Assembly: GCF_009914755.1 (NCBI RefSeq)
Contig: NC_060935.1
Direction: 5' to 3' (one strand)
Length of the DNA: 64,000 bases
From: the human T2T-CHM13v2.0 reference genome, Homo sapiens
Shown here piece by piece: positions 12,401 to 27,820 of this stretch. The notes beneath the pieces are model-generated. The model made no database searches. It was not told the origin of the DNA and saw only the letters and a list, made by a program, of their open reading frames with translations. The position numbers were made by a program, and so were the translations under genes. Position 1 is the stretch's first letter. Each line of letters starts with the position of its first letter.

Positions 12401-13454
12401 GAAGGCTTCTCACTGCCATGCACGTGTTTGTGTTTAACAGGGTATTTATGGGCTCTTTTTCCTTATATATTGAAGGGTTATATAATTCCCCAGCTATTAA
12501 CCTTTAAAATGCTGTTTTTACAAGTTCAGTACCTAGACTAGATAGCAATAAAGAGTGATGTTGAGTCAGCCTGACTTCAAAGGGAGCGATGGGTGGAACA
12601 GTTGGACTCGGAAAGGAGCGCTTCTTCCTACCAGCTAGCCTTGTAGTGGCTGATTTTTCCCTCTGAAATGAAACAGGCTTACTAGCCAGAGACTATTCCC
12701 TGCAGTGACTATAAAAAGGTATCTTCGTCTCTGACGCAGGGAGCGATTGAGAGCATCGGCATGAGCCATCTGAGTGTGCGTTCAAAGACCTGAGGAAAGG
12801 CAGGATTGACAGTCTATTAAGGGGAAGACAGAAGCCGCTATCCTTTTCCTCCTCTAATTAGGCATCCGTGTGCATTTTCTCTCACCATTCTTTGTTCTTG
12901 CCTATCTGATTAAGACAGTTCATCTGGCATAGCTTTGAAGCGAAGGAATGTTTTTATGCACGTTGAGGAAGAAGAGGAATAAGATAAACTCAGGTCAGAA
13001 CTTCCTTTACTATGTCATTTTCAGAGTATGGCTTCCCAGATACAAGGCTCCATCTTTCAGGTCTCTCTGCTCAGCCATGCTCCAGAGTTGAAATGTTTCT
13101 CAGTGGCAGCCCTACAAGCTGAACGTGACTGTCTCCTTTGCTGCTTTGGCATGTGTTTTCCCCAGGCTCCTCTACTTGGGCCCTGAACCTCTTCAGGCTC
13201 CAGTTTTTCAAAAAAAAAATTTGCAAAATGAGTTTCTCAACTTGTTTGGAAATAGAGAATTTATACAAAGTCTTTCATTTTTCCTAGTGAGAATGGCATG
13301 GTTAACCCTGTCATGAGAATGGCCGATAAAAAAAATCACCTTTGAACTCTTCATTATTCTTATTTTATTGCTACTAAAATGTCATTTGTATCATGACTTA
13401 TTGCTTACAGCGCTATTCTGTTGTTTTATTTAATTGTCATAAAAATATTTTGCA

Positions 13455-13973
<519 letters not shown>

Positions 13974-15288
13974 TAGTTCTGCACCTCTGCAGGTAGGGGT
14001 CTACAAGCATCTCGCTGCAGTTGATATATAAGGGGATTCCCTAAAATATGGATACCCGTGCAAATTGAATTAAAGGAATTCAGAACAGAGAAATAGCCTA
14101 TATCAATTTTCTGGAGACCTACTGACTTTCTTTTAGGTTTTGACATGTTACTCACTGCCAAGTTTTCTTGTGATCTAAGTCAGAGAAAATGCTGAATAAA
14201 AGTTAGCATTATACCTGCTCCTTGTAACTATGATCTCCCTCCTTTTTTTTGTAGATTATCTTTAAAGGTGACTCCTGCCCCATAGCCTGCACCAGCTGAA
14301 CCAGTGTTTAAATAAATTTCTATAAGGCAAATAAATTATAGGAGAATTTGAGGGGGACCACCACTTTCAAAAGAAAGCAGAGGCAAATCTCTTAGGATTT
14401 AAGCCTCTATAAATTGGCTTTTTGAAGTCTTTCTTCATCTTGGCTGGGGCCATTCCCTCTATTTGAACTCAGTTGGCAGCAATCAATAGAAAATGCTAAT
14501 TTCTGGTCCTGGCTTGTCTTTTGCATGCACGAGCTTCCTGCTATTTGTCTGAGAAAGTGCATACCCAGGTAAAAAGGCTGTGCTGATGGCTTTATTTAGC
14601 AGTTAGATCAACCCAAGCTGAATGATATATTTTGGCTTGTCGAAAAGCAGGAACAAGTTAGCAGGAACAGTAGGGCTATTTTTTTAGAGTGTTGGCCCAA
14701 CTGTGATGAGGCTAGAGGACTTATAAAATTAGGTTTAAAACATAATTTTATCTATTCCTTTTCTTTTTCCCAAAGTATAATTCTCAGGACACCGGCATGC
14801 CCCATGGGCCTGGGTGTGTAATGCTAGTACTGGGTTTTGACTTTTCTGTCTGAAGCCTGATATCTCTGAGCAACAGCCAGATTTAATTTAGGTGTCAAAC
14901 CTTTGGGCTACGTTGTATAACTGCACTGAAATGACAGGACTGTGATCAAGTTTTGGCAATTGATCTTGAGAGAAGATGAAAGGTGGTACAAACAAACATG
15001 AAATAGGAGAAAGAAGAACACAGACATTTGTACTTTTTATGGATTTTATTCCTCTGTGGGCAATGGAAAGAAGTGCGTTGATGGATTGAAATCTAGGTTT
15101 TTCAGAGCACTGGTGAAGTGCTCTTGTCTTCTATTCTTTTCTCCTGGGGTATCTTCTCTCTACCAATTGTAGACAGGGTGTAATGTGTTCTTACTCCAAT
15201 ATTATTCTGTTCTTGTTTATTTCTGTCATTATTTCCACATTATCACTTTATATTATTACAACAAACATTTGTTAAACAAGAAACAATG

Positions 15289-15585
15289 GGCCAGGTGTGG
15301 TGGCTTATACCTGTAATCCCAGCAATTTGGGAGGCTAAGGTGGGAGGATCGCTTGAGATCAGGATTTTAAGACCACCCTGAGCAACATAGTGAGATCCTT
15401 TCTCTACAAAAATAAAGAACTTAGCCAGGCATGATGGCATGCGTCTGTAGTCGTAGCTACTTGGGAGGCTGAGGTGGGAGGATCACTTTAGCCCAAGAGT
15501 TTGAGGTTGCAGTGACCCATGATTGTGCCACTGTGCTCTAGCCTGGGCAACAGAGCAAGACCCTGTCTCAAAAACAAAAACAAAA
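15289..15585 (+). mobile_element. AluJ
   Basis: J diagnostics GGGAGGATCGCTTGAG and AGCAAGACCCTGTCTC. Confidence 0.95.
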
Positions 15586-16340
15586 CTGGAAACAAGGTAC
15601 GCCTTGGGGATACAGACTTGAATAAGACATAATTCTTTCTTCATATAGCTCACGGTCTAGGAAGGAAGATAAACGTAAAGCAGAAGAGTCAGACACCTTG
15701 TTAATGACTACGAAGAGGTAAGAACAAAGTGTCATAGGAACGCCAAGTCCAGAGCAGTGAGCAGAACAGCCCAGTTGAATCTGAGAAGGCTTTTTCAGAA
15801 GAGGTTATATTTGAGCTGGGTTCTAAAAGGTGAGTAGGCGTGATCCAGACGGAGAAGGGTGAAATTGTATTTCAGGCAGATGGGATAGCATGTGCAAAAA
15901 CATGGAGTTGTGAGGTACTTGACGTGTTCGCAAAGAGTCATTTAGTCAGACTCTAAGGCGTCTGTAAGAGAGGCAATGAGGCCGGCGTGATGAGTTGGAG
16001 CCTGCTTGTGAAGGTCCAGTTATGCAGCTTGTAGTTAACTGAGGCAACACCATTTTTTTTTCTTTTTTTTTTTTAGCAGGAGGGTAAGAAGAACAGATTA
16101 GTTTTTTAGGAATATAACTCTAGAAGCAGTATGGAAGATGAACAGAAACAAGGACAGTCCAAAGTTATGTCCAGATGCCATGAAGGGGGTTGCTGAGTGG
16201 TCCGGGAGAGACCTGATGGAGTTTGGACTCTGGCAAGAAAGATTGTAAAGTATCATCCAGATCTGAGAGTTAAAGAATAGTCATCAAAATTCGGTAGCAG
16301 GTGGATGGTGGAGGCTGTGGGGAGAAAGAGGAGGAGCCAG

Positions 16341-16664
<324 letters not shown>

Positions 16665-16766
16665 CTAGACTGCACTAATATTCTAGCTTGATGTTATCTG
16701 AACTAGGTCAATGGCCATAACTCGAGATAAAATGTACTGAAAAGTCAGGATTGAAAGATAAGTTAA

Positions 16767-17094
16767 GGCTGGAACAGTGGTTCACAGCTGTAATCCCAGC
16801 ACTTTAGGAGGCTGAGATGGGCTGATTGCTTGAGGCCAGGAGTTTGAGACCAGCCTGGCCAAATGGTGAAACCCCATCTCTACAAAAAATACAAACATTA
16901 GCTGGACGTTGTGGTGTGTGCCTGTAATCCCAGCTACTTGGGAAGCTGAGGCACGAGAATCGTTTGAACCAAGGAGGCGGAACTTGCAGTGAGCTGAGAT
17001 CGCATCACTGTACTCCAGCCTGGGTGACACAGCGAGACTCTGTCTCAAAAAAAAAAAAAAAAAAAAAAAAGAAAGAAAGAAAGAAAAAAGAAAA
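16767..17094 (+). mobile_element. Alu (J/early S)
   Basis: Full dimer with long A/GAAA tail. Confidence 0.93.
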
Positions 17095-17256
17095 GTAAGG
17101 TAATGAAATCAAAATTTGAGCAGGATGAGGATTGGAAAGAGGCCATTGGAGTGAAGATTTGGGGTTTCATTCATTATCTTGGCAAAAATAGTGTCAATGA
17201 AGTCCCAGGGTAAGAAGATGGGATAGGAGCAAGACAGAAACATTGTACAGAGTTTA

Positions 17257-17682
<426 letters not shown>

Positions 17683-17957
17683 GGAAATCGCTTGAATATG
17701 TTTATCAATACATAAGAAATATCTAGATAGGGAGAGGTTGCAAATATAGAAAGAAGAGACAGCTAAGAGAAACTTGAGAACTCAGAAGGTAACAGAATCT
17801 AGCAAAAAATAAGAACAAATAAACAAAGGAAATGGAGGGATTAAATTTGTAGAAGGAAGAATGAAAGGGAACCAATATTCATGGTCCGCCAAGCACTGGG
17901 GCTAGGTATTTTACATTTATCAATTTATTTAATTTTTGTTAAAACCCTATAAAGTGT

Positions 17958-18276
17958 GGCCAGGCACGGTGGCTCATGCCTGCCATCCCAGCAATTTGGT
18001 TGGCCGAGGTGGGTGGATTGCTTGAGGCCAGGAGTTCGTGACCAGCCTGGGCAACATGGCAAAACCCCGTCTCTACTAAAAATACAAAAATTAGCTGGGT
18101 GTGCTGGTGTGCGCCAGTGTTCCCAGCTACTCAGGAGGTTGAGGTGGGATGATCCCTTGAGCCTGGGAGGCTGAGGTTGCAATGAACCGAGTTCCCGCCA
18201 CTGCATTCCAGCCTGGGCACTCCAGCCTGGGCAACAGTGAGACCCTGTCTCAAAAAAAGGAAAAAGAAAAAAAAAA
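17958..18276 (+). mobile_element. AluJ with a short internal tandem duplication (TCCAGCCTGGGCA x2)
   Basis: Dimer; duplication near 18207-18233; partial TSD AAAA(CC/AT)CTATAA. Confidence 0.93.
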
Positions 18277-18400
18277 TCTATAAGGGGAGAGAAGGAATGC
18301 CCCTTTCTTGGAGAAAATGGGAAAACAGCAAAGATGAGTTATGCTTTCAGAAGTGCAGATGTGAAGGACCCCTGGAAGTCACTTCAAGAGATAACTTCTT

Positions 18401-19006
<606 letters not shown>

Positions 19007-20689
19007 TTCAAGAGTTATCAAGAGATAAATTATATTTCCTCTCTGAAGAGAAGGTGAAGTCATCTTCTGAGAGTGAAATAGGGAGTGAGGTGGGAGTTCA
19101 GAAAGAATGGAAACGTTTTTGAAGAGTCAAAATTATTGACTGGGGACAAAGGAAAAGATTTCCATACAGTGTTCTGTTGGAGTTGGAAAGCATGCTCTAT
19201 GTGGCATGATCGTCTCAATCTGCACCATACCCCATGAGCAGCGAGTTGGGGTCCTCTTTGGGTAGATGTTTTGGGAAGGCTGGCAGAATCACAAGGCGCT
19301 GAGCATGCTGGTGAGACCCAGGGGAGAGTAAAGCTAGAAGGTGCCTGAAACTGGGAGAACGATGAGATAGAAGAAGAGATTTAAGGGAGGAATTGAATGA
19401 GAAATGTCAATGGATTGCAGATTGAGATCTTGACAGATCTCAGAGGCACTTTAAGATTCTAGGCTGACACTGGAGAAAACGTGGCTTCAGCAGGATGCAT
19501 GTCAGTGACCACCTACTTTAAACTGACGCTGGTCTTATTTACATGAACAAAATATGGAGCTGTTGAATTGTTGAGAGGGTGACTGAGAAAGGCTGTAAAA
19601 ATCCAGGTTGGGTAATCCCCACCATCTTGGATTAGTTAGTGTGGGCCTCTCTGGAATCAGATAGGTCTCACGGCCTGTCTGCCAGGTCTTATGATTATGT
19701 ACAGGAAAAGAGCCCAGCTAATAGGTGTTTTGAAAAGCTTCTAAAACCTATAATTGTGAGCCTTTTCTACCTTGGACTTTTGAAGGTTTAAACCACAGAA
19801 TTTTTTTTTAAAGGTTGAGTTATTTTATGTCACAATGCCTTACAATAAATTTGTCTCTTCCAGAGGACAGTTCCTATCTCTCACTTTATGAACTTTTAGG
19901 CCCATGAAGTGAATTTTCTAGGCCATTCCCCATACCTCCACTCCAGCCAATTAATATCATGGTTTGCATTTTCATCCAATCATGCATATTCTGTGGGGTT
20001 GGTTCACCACACAGACACATGCTTTTTTACAAGTGTTGTCACCAGGTGCCAGGCATAGGATGAACCTGCTGAGGCAGACAAAGGATCTTTCTGTCATGCA
20101 GGGAAGAGCACCAGCACGTGAGAGCCCTGCCTCTCTGGCCCTTTCTGGCTTGTCTTGCTAGAGTTCTCCATGATTTGTCTATCCTTACTCTCTGTCCTTA
20201 CCCCAGGCTCAGCCTCAAGCTCCCCCTGTATCTAGGTGTTGGATCATTTTAACATCTGCAGTTTGGTGGAGCTGCATGTCTCTGTTCTACATACAAATAC
20301 CAAAAGAACACAGGTCTCTAGGTATCTGTGAACAACTGACATCATCCAAAAAGAGCTTTAAAAATCAGGGGAAAAAAAAAATCTCTGTTGTGTTTTATCT
20401 GCCTGTTGCTTTGATTACAGAGCACTGAAGCAAGGTTTTCAAATGTCCTTTCTTTGTCAACCTGTTATCCTGCCTTACAGGTGGTTCTGATTTCTTCCAC
20501 TGTTATTACAGTAGGAGACTAAATGTAATTACCCAGCACTTCAATTTAGACGTCAAACACGATTATACAGAAAACAATCTGTTAGAGTGTCCCAATGATT
20601 CAGTTGTTACTTGGTTTTATGGTGAATTCTAGATAAGAAATACTAATAATTAGGATCTCAGTTGCCCTTTATGGCTTAACCTTTATATG

Positions 20690-20850
20690 TTCCTGGCCAT
20701 TTAGGAACCTAGATTCATCTCATTTAAACTTCTACAGATGAAGAAAAAGAGACCAAGAAAATGGAAATCACTCATCCAGGTTCAGAAAACTGTCTGGGAG
20801 TAGGTTTGGGACTAGCACCCCCATCTCCTGATACAGAATTTAATGCTCTG
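20690..20850 (-). mobile_element. MIR/MIR3 fragment
   Basis: CTACAGATGAAGAAAAAGAGACC...ATCACTCATCCAGGTTCA...GGGACTAGCACCC. Confidence 0.6.
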
Positions 20851-21188
20851 CAGCTCTCTGGGGAGGAGCCCCACCCTCTAGTTGCTGGAGAAGGGGACTC
20901 AGAGGTGGTGTGGAATGGTGCTCTCATTTAGGGGACAGCTTGTGGGGCAACATGTAAAGTATTCTGGTTCTCCATTGGCCTTACAAGCAGAATATCTTGT
21001 AAAGTTTTTCATCAGTACCCACCAAATCTCTCCCCTCCTTCCCTCGTTTTCTGGTGGGTGTGTGTTTAAGGTGAAATAATTCGAGCAGGTAAATTTTGTT
21101 TTACCACCACACATTTTAATATCATATGCATATGAATAGCAAATAAAAATTAATCTCCTGATTATTTATAATATGTCACTCTCTGTTA

Positions 21189-21563
<375 letters not shown>

Positions 21564-23384
21564 CTAAAATTTCACTGGTCTGTTATACAACAAAGAGGCT
21601 AAAACTGTGTTGAGCAGCAGTAAGGTTTACCTGGTCTTACAGCTGGAGGGTGTGGGGGTGTAGATGAGATTTAGATAGCACGGGCACTGGTTTTTCTGAT
21701 GGCCAGTCAACTGTTACCTGGCTTCTGATCTACCAAGGTATGGCACAGACTCTCTGTGATCTGCCCAGAAGAGGAGACTGAATCAGTGCTATTAGAACTC
21801 TGGCGTTCCCTTTCAGAAAAGGTAGAAGTTCTCCCAAGTCACTGCTCAGGGCCTTGTCAGTCAGTTTGGTAGATTTGATGTTTATTGATGCAGAAACAGG
21901 GACCAAGGAAATGTCCCTAACTCTGGGATTTTTGTCACTTTGCAGAAAAGGCATAGTGGAAGAGGATAAAACATTCTTTGAAAGAAGGAAATCTCCAAGG
22001 TGTATGTATGTCTTACATACTTAGGTGGGAGAAGGTTATTTGACTATGAACAAGAAATTGAATAGGAACCAGTTAAATTGCTGTAAGAAAATTAAGGGAG
22101 TCCTCTAAGAAAGTGTCACCCCTCTGCCTCCCTAGAATAGGAGTTAATGAATTATTCTGTGAAACCCTAAACAAAATCAGATAGGCTTCCTTTGCTAGAG
22201 CTTGAGATCCCTTAGTTTAGCTATACAGCATGTGTGGTCATTTTGGAGGATTGTTTTCTATTTGCTAATTATTTGGCTCTCCAATTTTGCTTTCCCCAGG
22301 GAGAATCCCATCTGGATAAACTATCAGTTAACAGCCATGTAGTCATCCATGTTAATAGCTTTACTGAGTAGCTAGCTACTCAGACATGCTAGCCGTGTAG
22401 AGAAATGTGAGATGCGGTAGGTGTTTCAATATATCAATGGTACCTATGGTTTGATTATTTTCCTGGTCTGTTCAAATGCTATTAACTGCTTCCAAAATGT
22501 TATAAATGATGTGTTTGTAGTGTGGATTGTTTCTCTGTTATCTATATTAGTGTTTCTGTCTGTTCTTAAATCACTCATCAAATACTTTTGTGTTGTATCT
22601 GTTTCATTCTCCCCTGCCCCAGTCAAACTGAGCCTAGTATTATGAGGTAGGCCATTTTGCTGTTGAGTCTTGAAGACAAAGAATGGTAATGCAAAATAGA
22701 CATTACTACTTATAGCCCCCTTCCTCTCTCATAATAAACCCTGTCTCTGTTGAACTTTTAACTGCAACCACAGTCCAGAGTTTCAAGGAGCCATCTCTCA
22801 AACATGGGTATCATTAAGGTCCAGAGATTTCTAACCACAGACTTACTATCTTTGGAATAAAAGCCTGAGAGCAGCCTAACTCACGTCTAATGCAGGAAGG
22901 GCAAGTTAAAAACAGCCTTGGCATCCTTGAGATCACTGACCCTACAGGCATTATAGCCTTCGAGTTTTATTTTGATAACAGCCTCCTAGTGTACTTGTCT
23001 GCTATTTGGTTAAATTGTTGCAAAGCAATAGACAGCGACCCTCTGCTTTTATTTCTAGCTCACTTCAGGGTAGGGCTAATGAGCTTTCACTCTGGGCTGA
23101 GTGCTTGGGTCATGCGGTGACAGATGTAGGAGAAGCAATCCTAGGAATGAGCTATATTAAAACATAATCTAAGACTCTGGTGCTGCGTTGCCATGAGGCA
23201 GGGGCAGTGTGGCGTCTGTCTTCCCCAATGTCACAAAAAGCAAAGTAGTCACAGAGTTTCAACAAAGCATGTTCATTTGACCTTGGCATTGATCCAGGTC
23301 TGATCTATTAACATATCGGAAGTAACATGATCTTTACCATCCTTATCATCATCGTCACTAACAATCTTTTACTTATTTTTTTAC

Positions 23385-23625
23385 TAAAAATCTTTTATTG
23401 AAACTTTTACTATGTGCCAAACACTTTGCTAAGGATAGTATCTTCATGATCTCACTTAACTTACAACATTAATAAGTGAGTATTATTAATTTCCCAATTT
23501 TAGAGAGGAGGAAACTAAGATTAGGGAGACTAAAAGACTTCCTTAAGGTTATTTTTACTGGTTTGCAGATCTGGGGTTCAAATCTAGGTCTGATTTCAGA
23601 GCCCGAGCTTTTAACACAACTATGT
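23385..23625 (-). mobile_element. MIR SINE
   Basis: TACTATGTGCCAAACACTTTGCTAAG...CCCAATTTTAGAGAGGAGGAAACTAAG. Confidence 0.8.
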
Positions 23626-23645
23626 CATATTAAACAAATAAATCA

Positions 23646-23790
23646 ACCAGCGTGGTGGCTCACACCTGTTAATCCCAGCTACTCAGGAGGCTGAGGCAGA
23701 AGGATGCCTTGAGGCCAGGAGTTTGAGACCAGCCTGGGCAACATAGCAACATCTGGTTTCTATTAAATAAAAAAAAAAGAGAGAGAGACA
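23646..23790 (+). mobile_element. FLAM (free left Alu monomer)
   Basis: Single ~130-bp monomer (CCCAGCTACTCAGGAGG...GAGGCCAGGAGTTTGAGACCAGCC) plus A tail; flanks AA(A/G)CAAA(T/G)AAATCA. Confidence 0.9.
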
Positions 23791-23804
23791 AGCAAGCAAA
23801 GAAA

Positions 23805-24180
23805 TCAGAAACTGTTTATCCGGCATCTCCTCTTTGTAAGATGCTATATTAGATTTGTGGGGTTGGGGTACAAAAAAGCATAAGTTACTTTCCATCCCCA
23901 AATGGCTTTAAGTGTTATTGGCCAAGAAGTCATTTAAAAGATAACTAGCAATGTACTAGATGCCAAGTATGTGGAGCATAGTAAATATTATATGAATAAA
24001 GAGGAAGTTTGGAGAAGGTGAGAGTCACACTGGGCCTTGAACACTGGGCAAGGTTTATATAGATGGAAAATAAATAAGAAACACATTTCACACCAGGGAG
24101 GTGATGTGAACAAATCCTAAGGATGAGGAAGTACAAGGCATGTCATGTTGTTGAAGGTTGGAGAATGATGGGAATGGGGT
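23805..24180 (-). mobile_element. Degenerate L2 fragment
   Basis: Antisense L2-like 3' region (...CTGGGCCTTGAACACTGGGCAAGGTTT...). Confidence 0.5.
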
Positions 24181-26414
24181 AGATGAAGAGTCAGTTATTC
24201 AGGAAAGAAGTTTTCGTGTACTCATCTATTTGGCCCTCAGATATTTACTGAGCGCCTGCTATCTAAAGTTGTTTCTGGGGGAAGAACAAGAGAGAAGGGT
24301 GAAAAGGTAGATTTTTTTTTTTCCAGAGTTGTCTGGCTGGCCTGCCTCATGCAAACATGTTGGGCATTGGCATTTGGTCAGCAGCCTCTTCTCTTAACTT
24401 CACAGTTACGCACACTTGGCTGGAGTATGTTCTGGCTCTGACCTTTCTTCCCTGGCCAATATGTCAGAAGGAAAGAGACCAGCTTTGGTATATCAATCTT
24501 ACTGATTTATTTCTAAACTTGAAAAAAAAATCAAAGCAATATAGCAGTGTTAGAAAAATGTTTAAAAGAAATGGGCAATCACCCATAGTACTACCTTCTT
24601 AATATAACTAAGGTTTCTAATCTTTTCTAGTTTTTAGCATGGAAATAATGCCTTTTTTACATGCTTCTAATCAGATGGTGTGTACAGTTTTGCATCCTGC
24701 TTTATTTACAGTTAGAACTCATGAAAATGTGTTGAGTAAATGAACATTGATGCATAGTGTTTACGGGAACCAGGTGTACTGCCTCTTCTCCGTTGTTAAT
24801 ATAAATTGTTTTGAATGTTCTCTATTTTAATGGAGATGGGGTCAGTGAAGGTTTTCAGGCATCCTACTTTTAAGGTATGGCTTTTGAATTCTGATACAGA
24901 CAATCGGAACTATCTTAGCATGGATTCAAGAGACTTGAGAATTGAAATCCTGATAGGCAGGAGCAAGATAAATATCACTCTAGTTCCATCTATCCCTAAG
25001 GAGAACCAGCTTAAGCGCAAAGACAATCTCTCATTTGCAAATATGGGCATGATTCCTTTTTTTGCTTTTAATTGCCCAAATCTTGCCCCTTTGTCCGGCA
25101 TCTGGTCAAGGAACAGGGAAGTTCTCAGATAAGGGATGTGGGAGAACTGGGACCAAGTCCTTGGAATTTGAATTTTTCCTCCCACGGTGGTTGTCTGGGT
25201 TGCTGTTCTTGCCCACTCTGTGATCCAAGTAGTTGCTGAGTTCAGAATTGCCATGGGCTTTTGGAAACCTCAGTAACTGCTAGTTAACTAAAGTAACAGG
25301 TGTGAAATTAGTTCTGTGGTTCAGTTCTGCCAATCTTAAACCCATAAAAAGTACAGAGTTCTACGTGTATTAATCAGCAGTATCCTTCTCTCTCCCATCC
25401 ATTTTCGCCTGCCTGAATAATCTCCAAGAACTACTCTAAAAGAACACAAGTATTGACTTTGACAAATTACACCTCCCTTTAAACATTCCTCTGCTCAGCT
25501 TCTGAATTCTTCTGACAGTCTAAAAAATAGATCCAATAAGACAATATTATTGCATTTCCTTTAGATTGATTTATCTTGGGAGCATCTCCTCTTTCTTGTC
25601 TGTACACCTGGCACTGAGATGGTAGCTGGCATAAAAATCCAAAGATAAATGCTTAAAAACATCAGCAACCAAATTAATTCAGGAATTTATCTCACTCATG
25701 TGAACTTAATGATCATTCTCATGTTTGATGAGATGTTCTGGGTGGATAAAGCATCAGAGCAAAGAGAGCAAAATGCGTGGTGGGTGCAGGAAAAAGGAAA
25801 GTTCCTTAGGAGAAACAGAGTTGAGCAGTCGCCAGAGTATAACTCAGTAGTAACATCACCAAGGAAGAGAAGGGGTCTGTGATGCACAGGAAGCCAGCGC
25901 CAGGCCTGGTGAATATCAAAAGCAGCAGATGGGGAGACAAGGAGGCCGGCTGGAAGGGAAAGGGTGGCTATTGTCCTGCTCTGTTTATCTGTTGCTTGCT
26001 TTTATTGAGCACCCAAGAGGACAAATCTCTGAACTAGACGTGCTCCCTGACCTCTTCCTGCAAGTAACATTCAGAAGAGCTGGAAGATAATATACACTTA
26101 GAAGGTCCAGTGGCTCTCCATTTGTTATTCTTCCAATGGAAGACCCTGAACTAGGAACTTGAGGAGAAAGATTAGCCATCTAAAGAAAAGACTTGCAAAA
26201 GATCTCAAACTCAAATGAAATGGATCGCCTTCCACCACCATGCGCTTCCAGCTGAAAAGTGGTCATGTGTGTGTATGGCAGTGGCTCTGCCACCTTCTAT
26301 GTGGCTCCTTTGTGTTTTAGACTGAGTATGGAAAGGTGCTCAGCACACTCTGTCCTTTTTTCCCTGTTAGCATAGGTATATTTCTGTGTCCACAGGTACA
26401 AAGCCAAGGACCTA

Positions 26415-26800
26415 TGTGTTCTAGTGGTCAGAACACTGGACTTGGTAATGGTTATCAAAGCTACTGTTTATTAAGCGTTTTCTCTGCACCAGGGAGGTAG
26501 TCGAAGGTGCTATCTTACTTCTGAAGATGCTGAGGCTTGAAGACATTGATTAACTTACCAAGACCGTGGAATTAGTAAGAGGAAGACCTGCATTGGCACC
26601 CAGGTTGATCTGACTTCAAAGCCTGCATTTTTTTTACTGCCTATGGCAATCTGTCTCCCAGAAACCAGAACAACTAGTTTAAATTCCCAGCTCTGCTACT
26701 CCCTAGCTGAATATTTCATGACTCTGGCCCTCAGTCTGTCAAATGGAAGGGTTGTGCTAGGTGTTTTCTAACATTCCTACTAGTTCTGAAGTCCAGTGCA
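26415..26800. mobile_element. MIR3 (+) interrupted by an antisense MIR (about 26450-26650)
   Basis: CTAGTGGTCAGAACACTGGACTTGG resumes as AAATTCCCAGCTCTGCTACT after an antisense MIR (GCTGAGGCTTGAAGACATTGATTAACTTACCAAG). Confidence 0.6.
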
Positions 26801-27569
26801 CTGTCTAAGGCTTTTATCAAATATATGATTTGCAAAACTTCTCTCCAATTCATCAGGTTGTCTTTTGCTTAGTTTTAAGCAGGACTTTCATGAGTATAAT
26901 CTCAAGCAGTCTGGAATGTATGGGGAAATGGTAGGAGAAATTCTTTGATTACTATTTATTGAGTGCCTCCCCAAGGATATAGCAGAGACCAAAACTGTCA
27001 TGGTTCGGCCTTTGAAAAACCAATGAAGCAGGGAAAACAGCCACTGAATATGTTACAAGGGTTGAGTGTTATGCAGAAAGATTACAGCATATGTAGGCCC
27101 TTCTGAGGGTAATTCATGTGAATCTGGTTCAGCCAGTTCAGTGAACATCTGCATGTATCCCAGACCAAGCAAGCAACAGTATTTATTTTATTTTCATTAA
27201 TTTTTAAATTATTTTTCTGCTTAGAGTCTTCTCATGCACAAGAGCAATAGGATTTAACATCTAAATGTAACAGGTGTGACAGGCCACCTGTGTTCAGTCT
27301 TCTCTTGTTATTCTTTTCTTTTTTGAGGCTTCTTACATACCCCAGTTTTGATGGGAGTTGGCAGGGCATGTGGAGTTGTACAGTGTCAGTCTAAAGAGGA
27401 ACAAGGGAAGATGGAGATAAGGAAGAAGTTAAAGTTAAATCAGGGGTTAAAGTTAGAGGGATGGAATGAGGTAAAAATAATGAGTTATACCTTAGGAATG
27501 TCTCCCAAATTCTCGCTTACTGCAGCAGGAAGCATAGGTTAGAAGGGAGAGAAGAAAAGAACCACAGAT

Positions 27570-27820
27570 TCACAGTCTCTCTGATTTGAACGGGACCCAA
27601 TAAGACATGTGGTCCAACCTCATCTAATTATTCAAATGGCATCTGCAACATCCCAGGAAGACTTTCAGTTTGAATGCTTTCGTTGACGGATGATGCCTAC
27701 CTGACAAGGCAGGCCATTGGATTGTAGGGCAAGCTCAGGCTGTGAAGAGAGACACTGCTTTTTGTTGAGATATCTTAAAAAAAAAACAAACTTCTATCTT
27801 CTAGCTTTAATTCTGGCCTT
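27570..27820 (-). mobile_element. L3/CR1 LINE 3' fragment
   Basis: TTGAACGGGACC...GGTCCAACC...TTGAATGCTTTCGTTGACGG...ACCTGACAAGGCAGGCCATTGGATTGT resembles the antisense L3 3' end. Confidence 0.65.
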
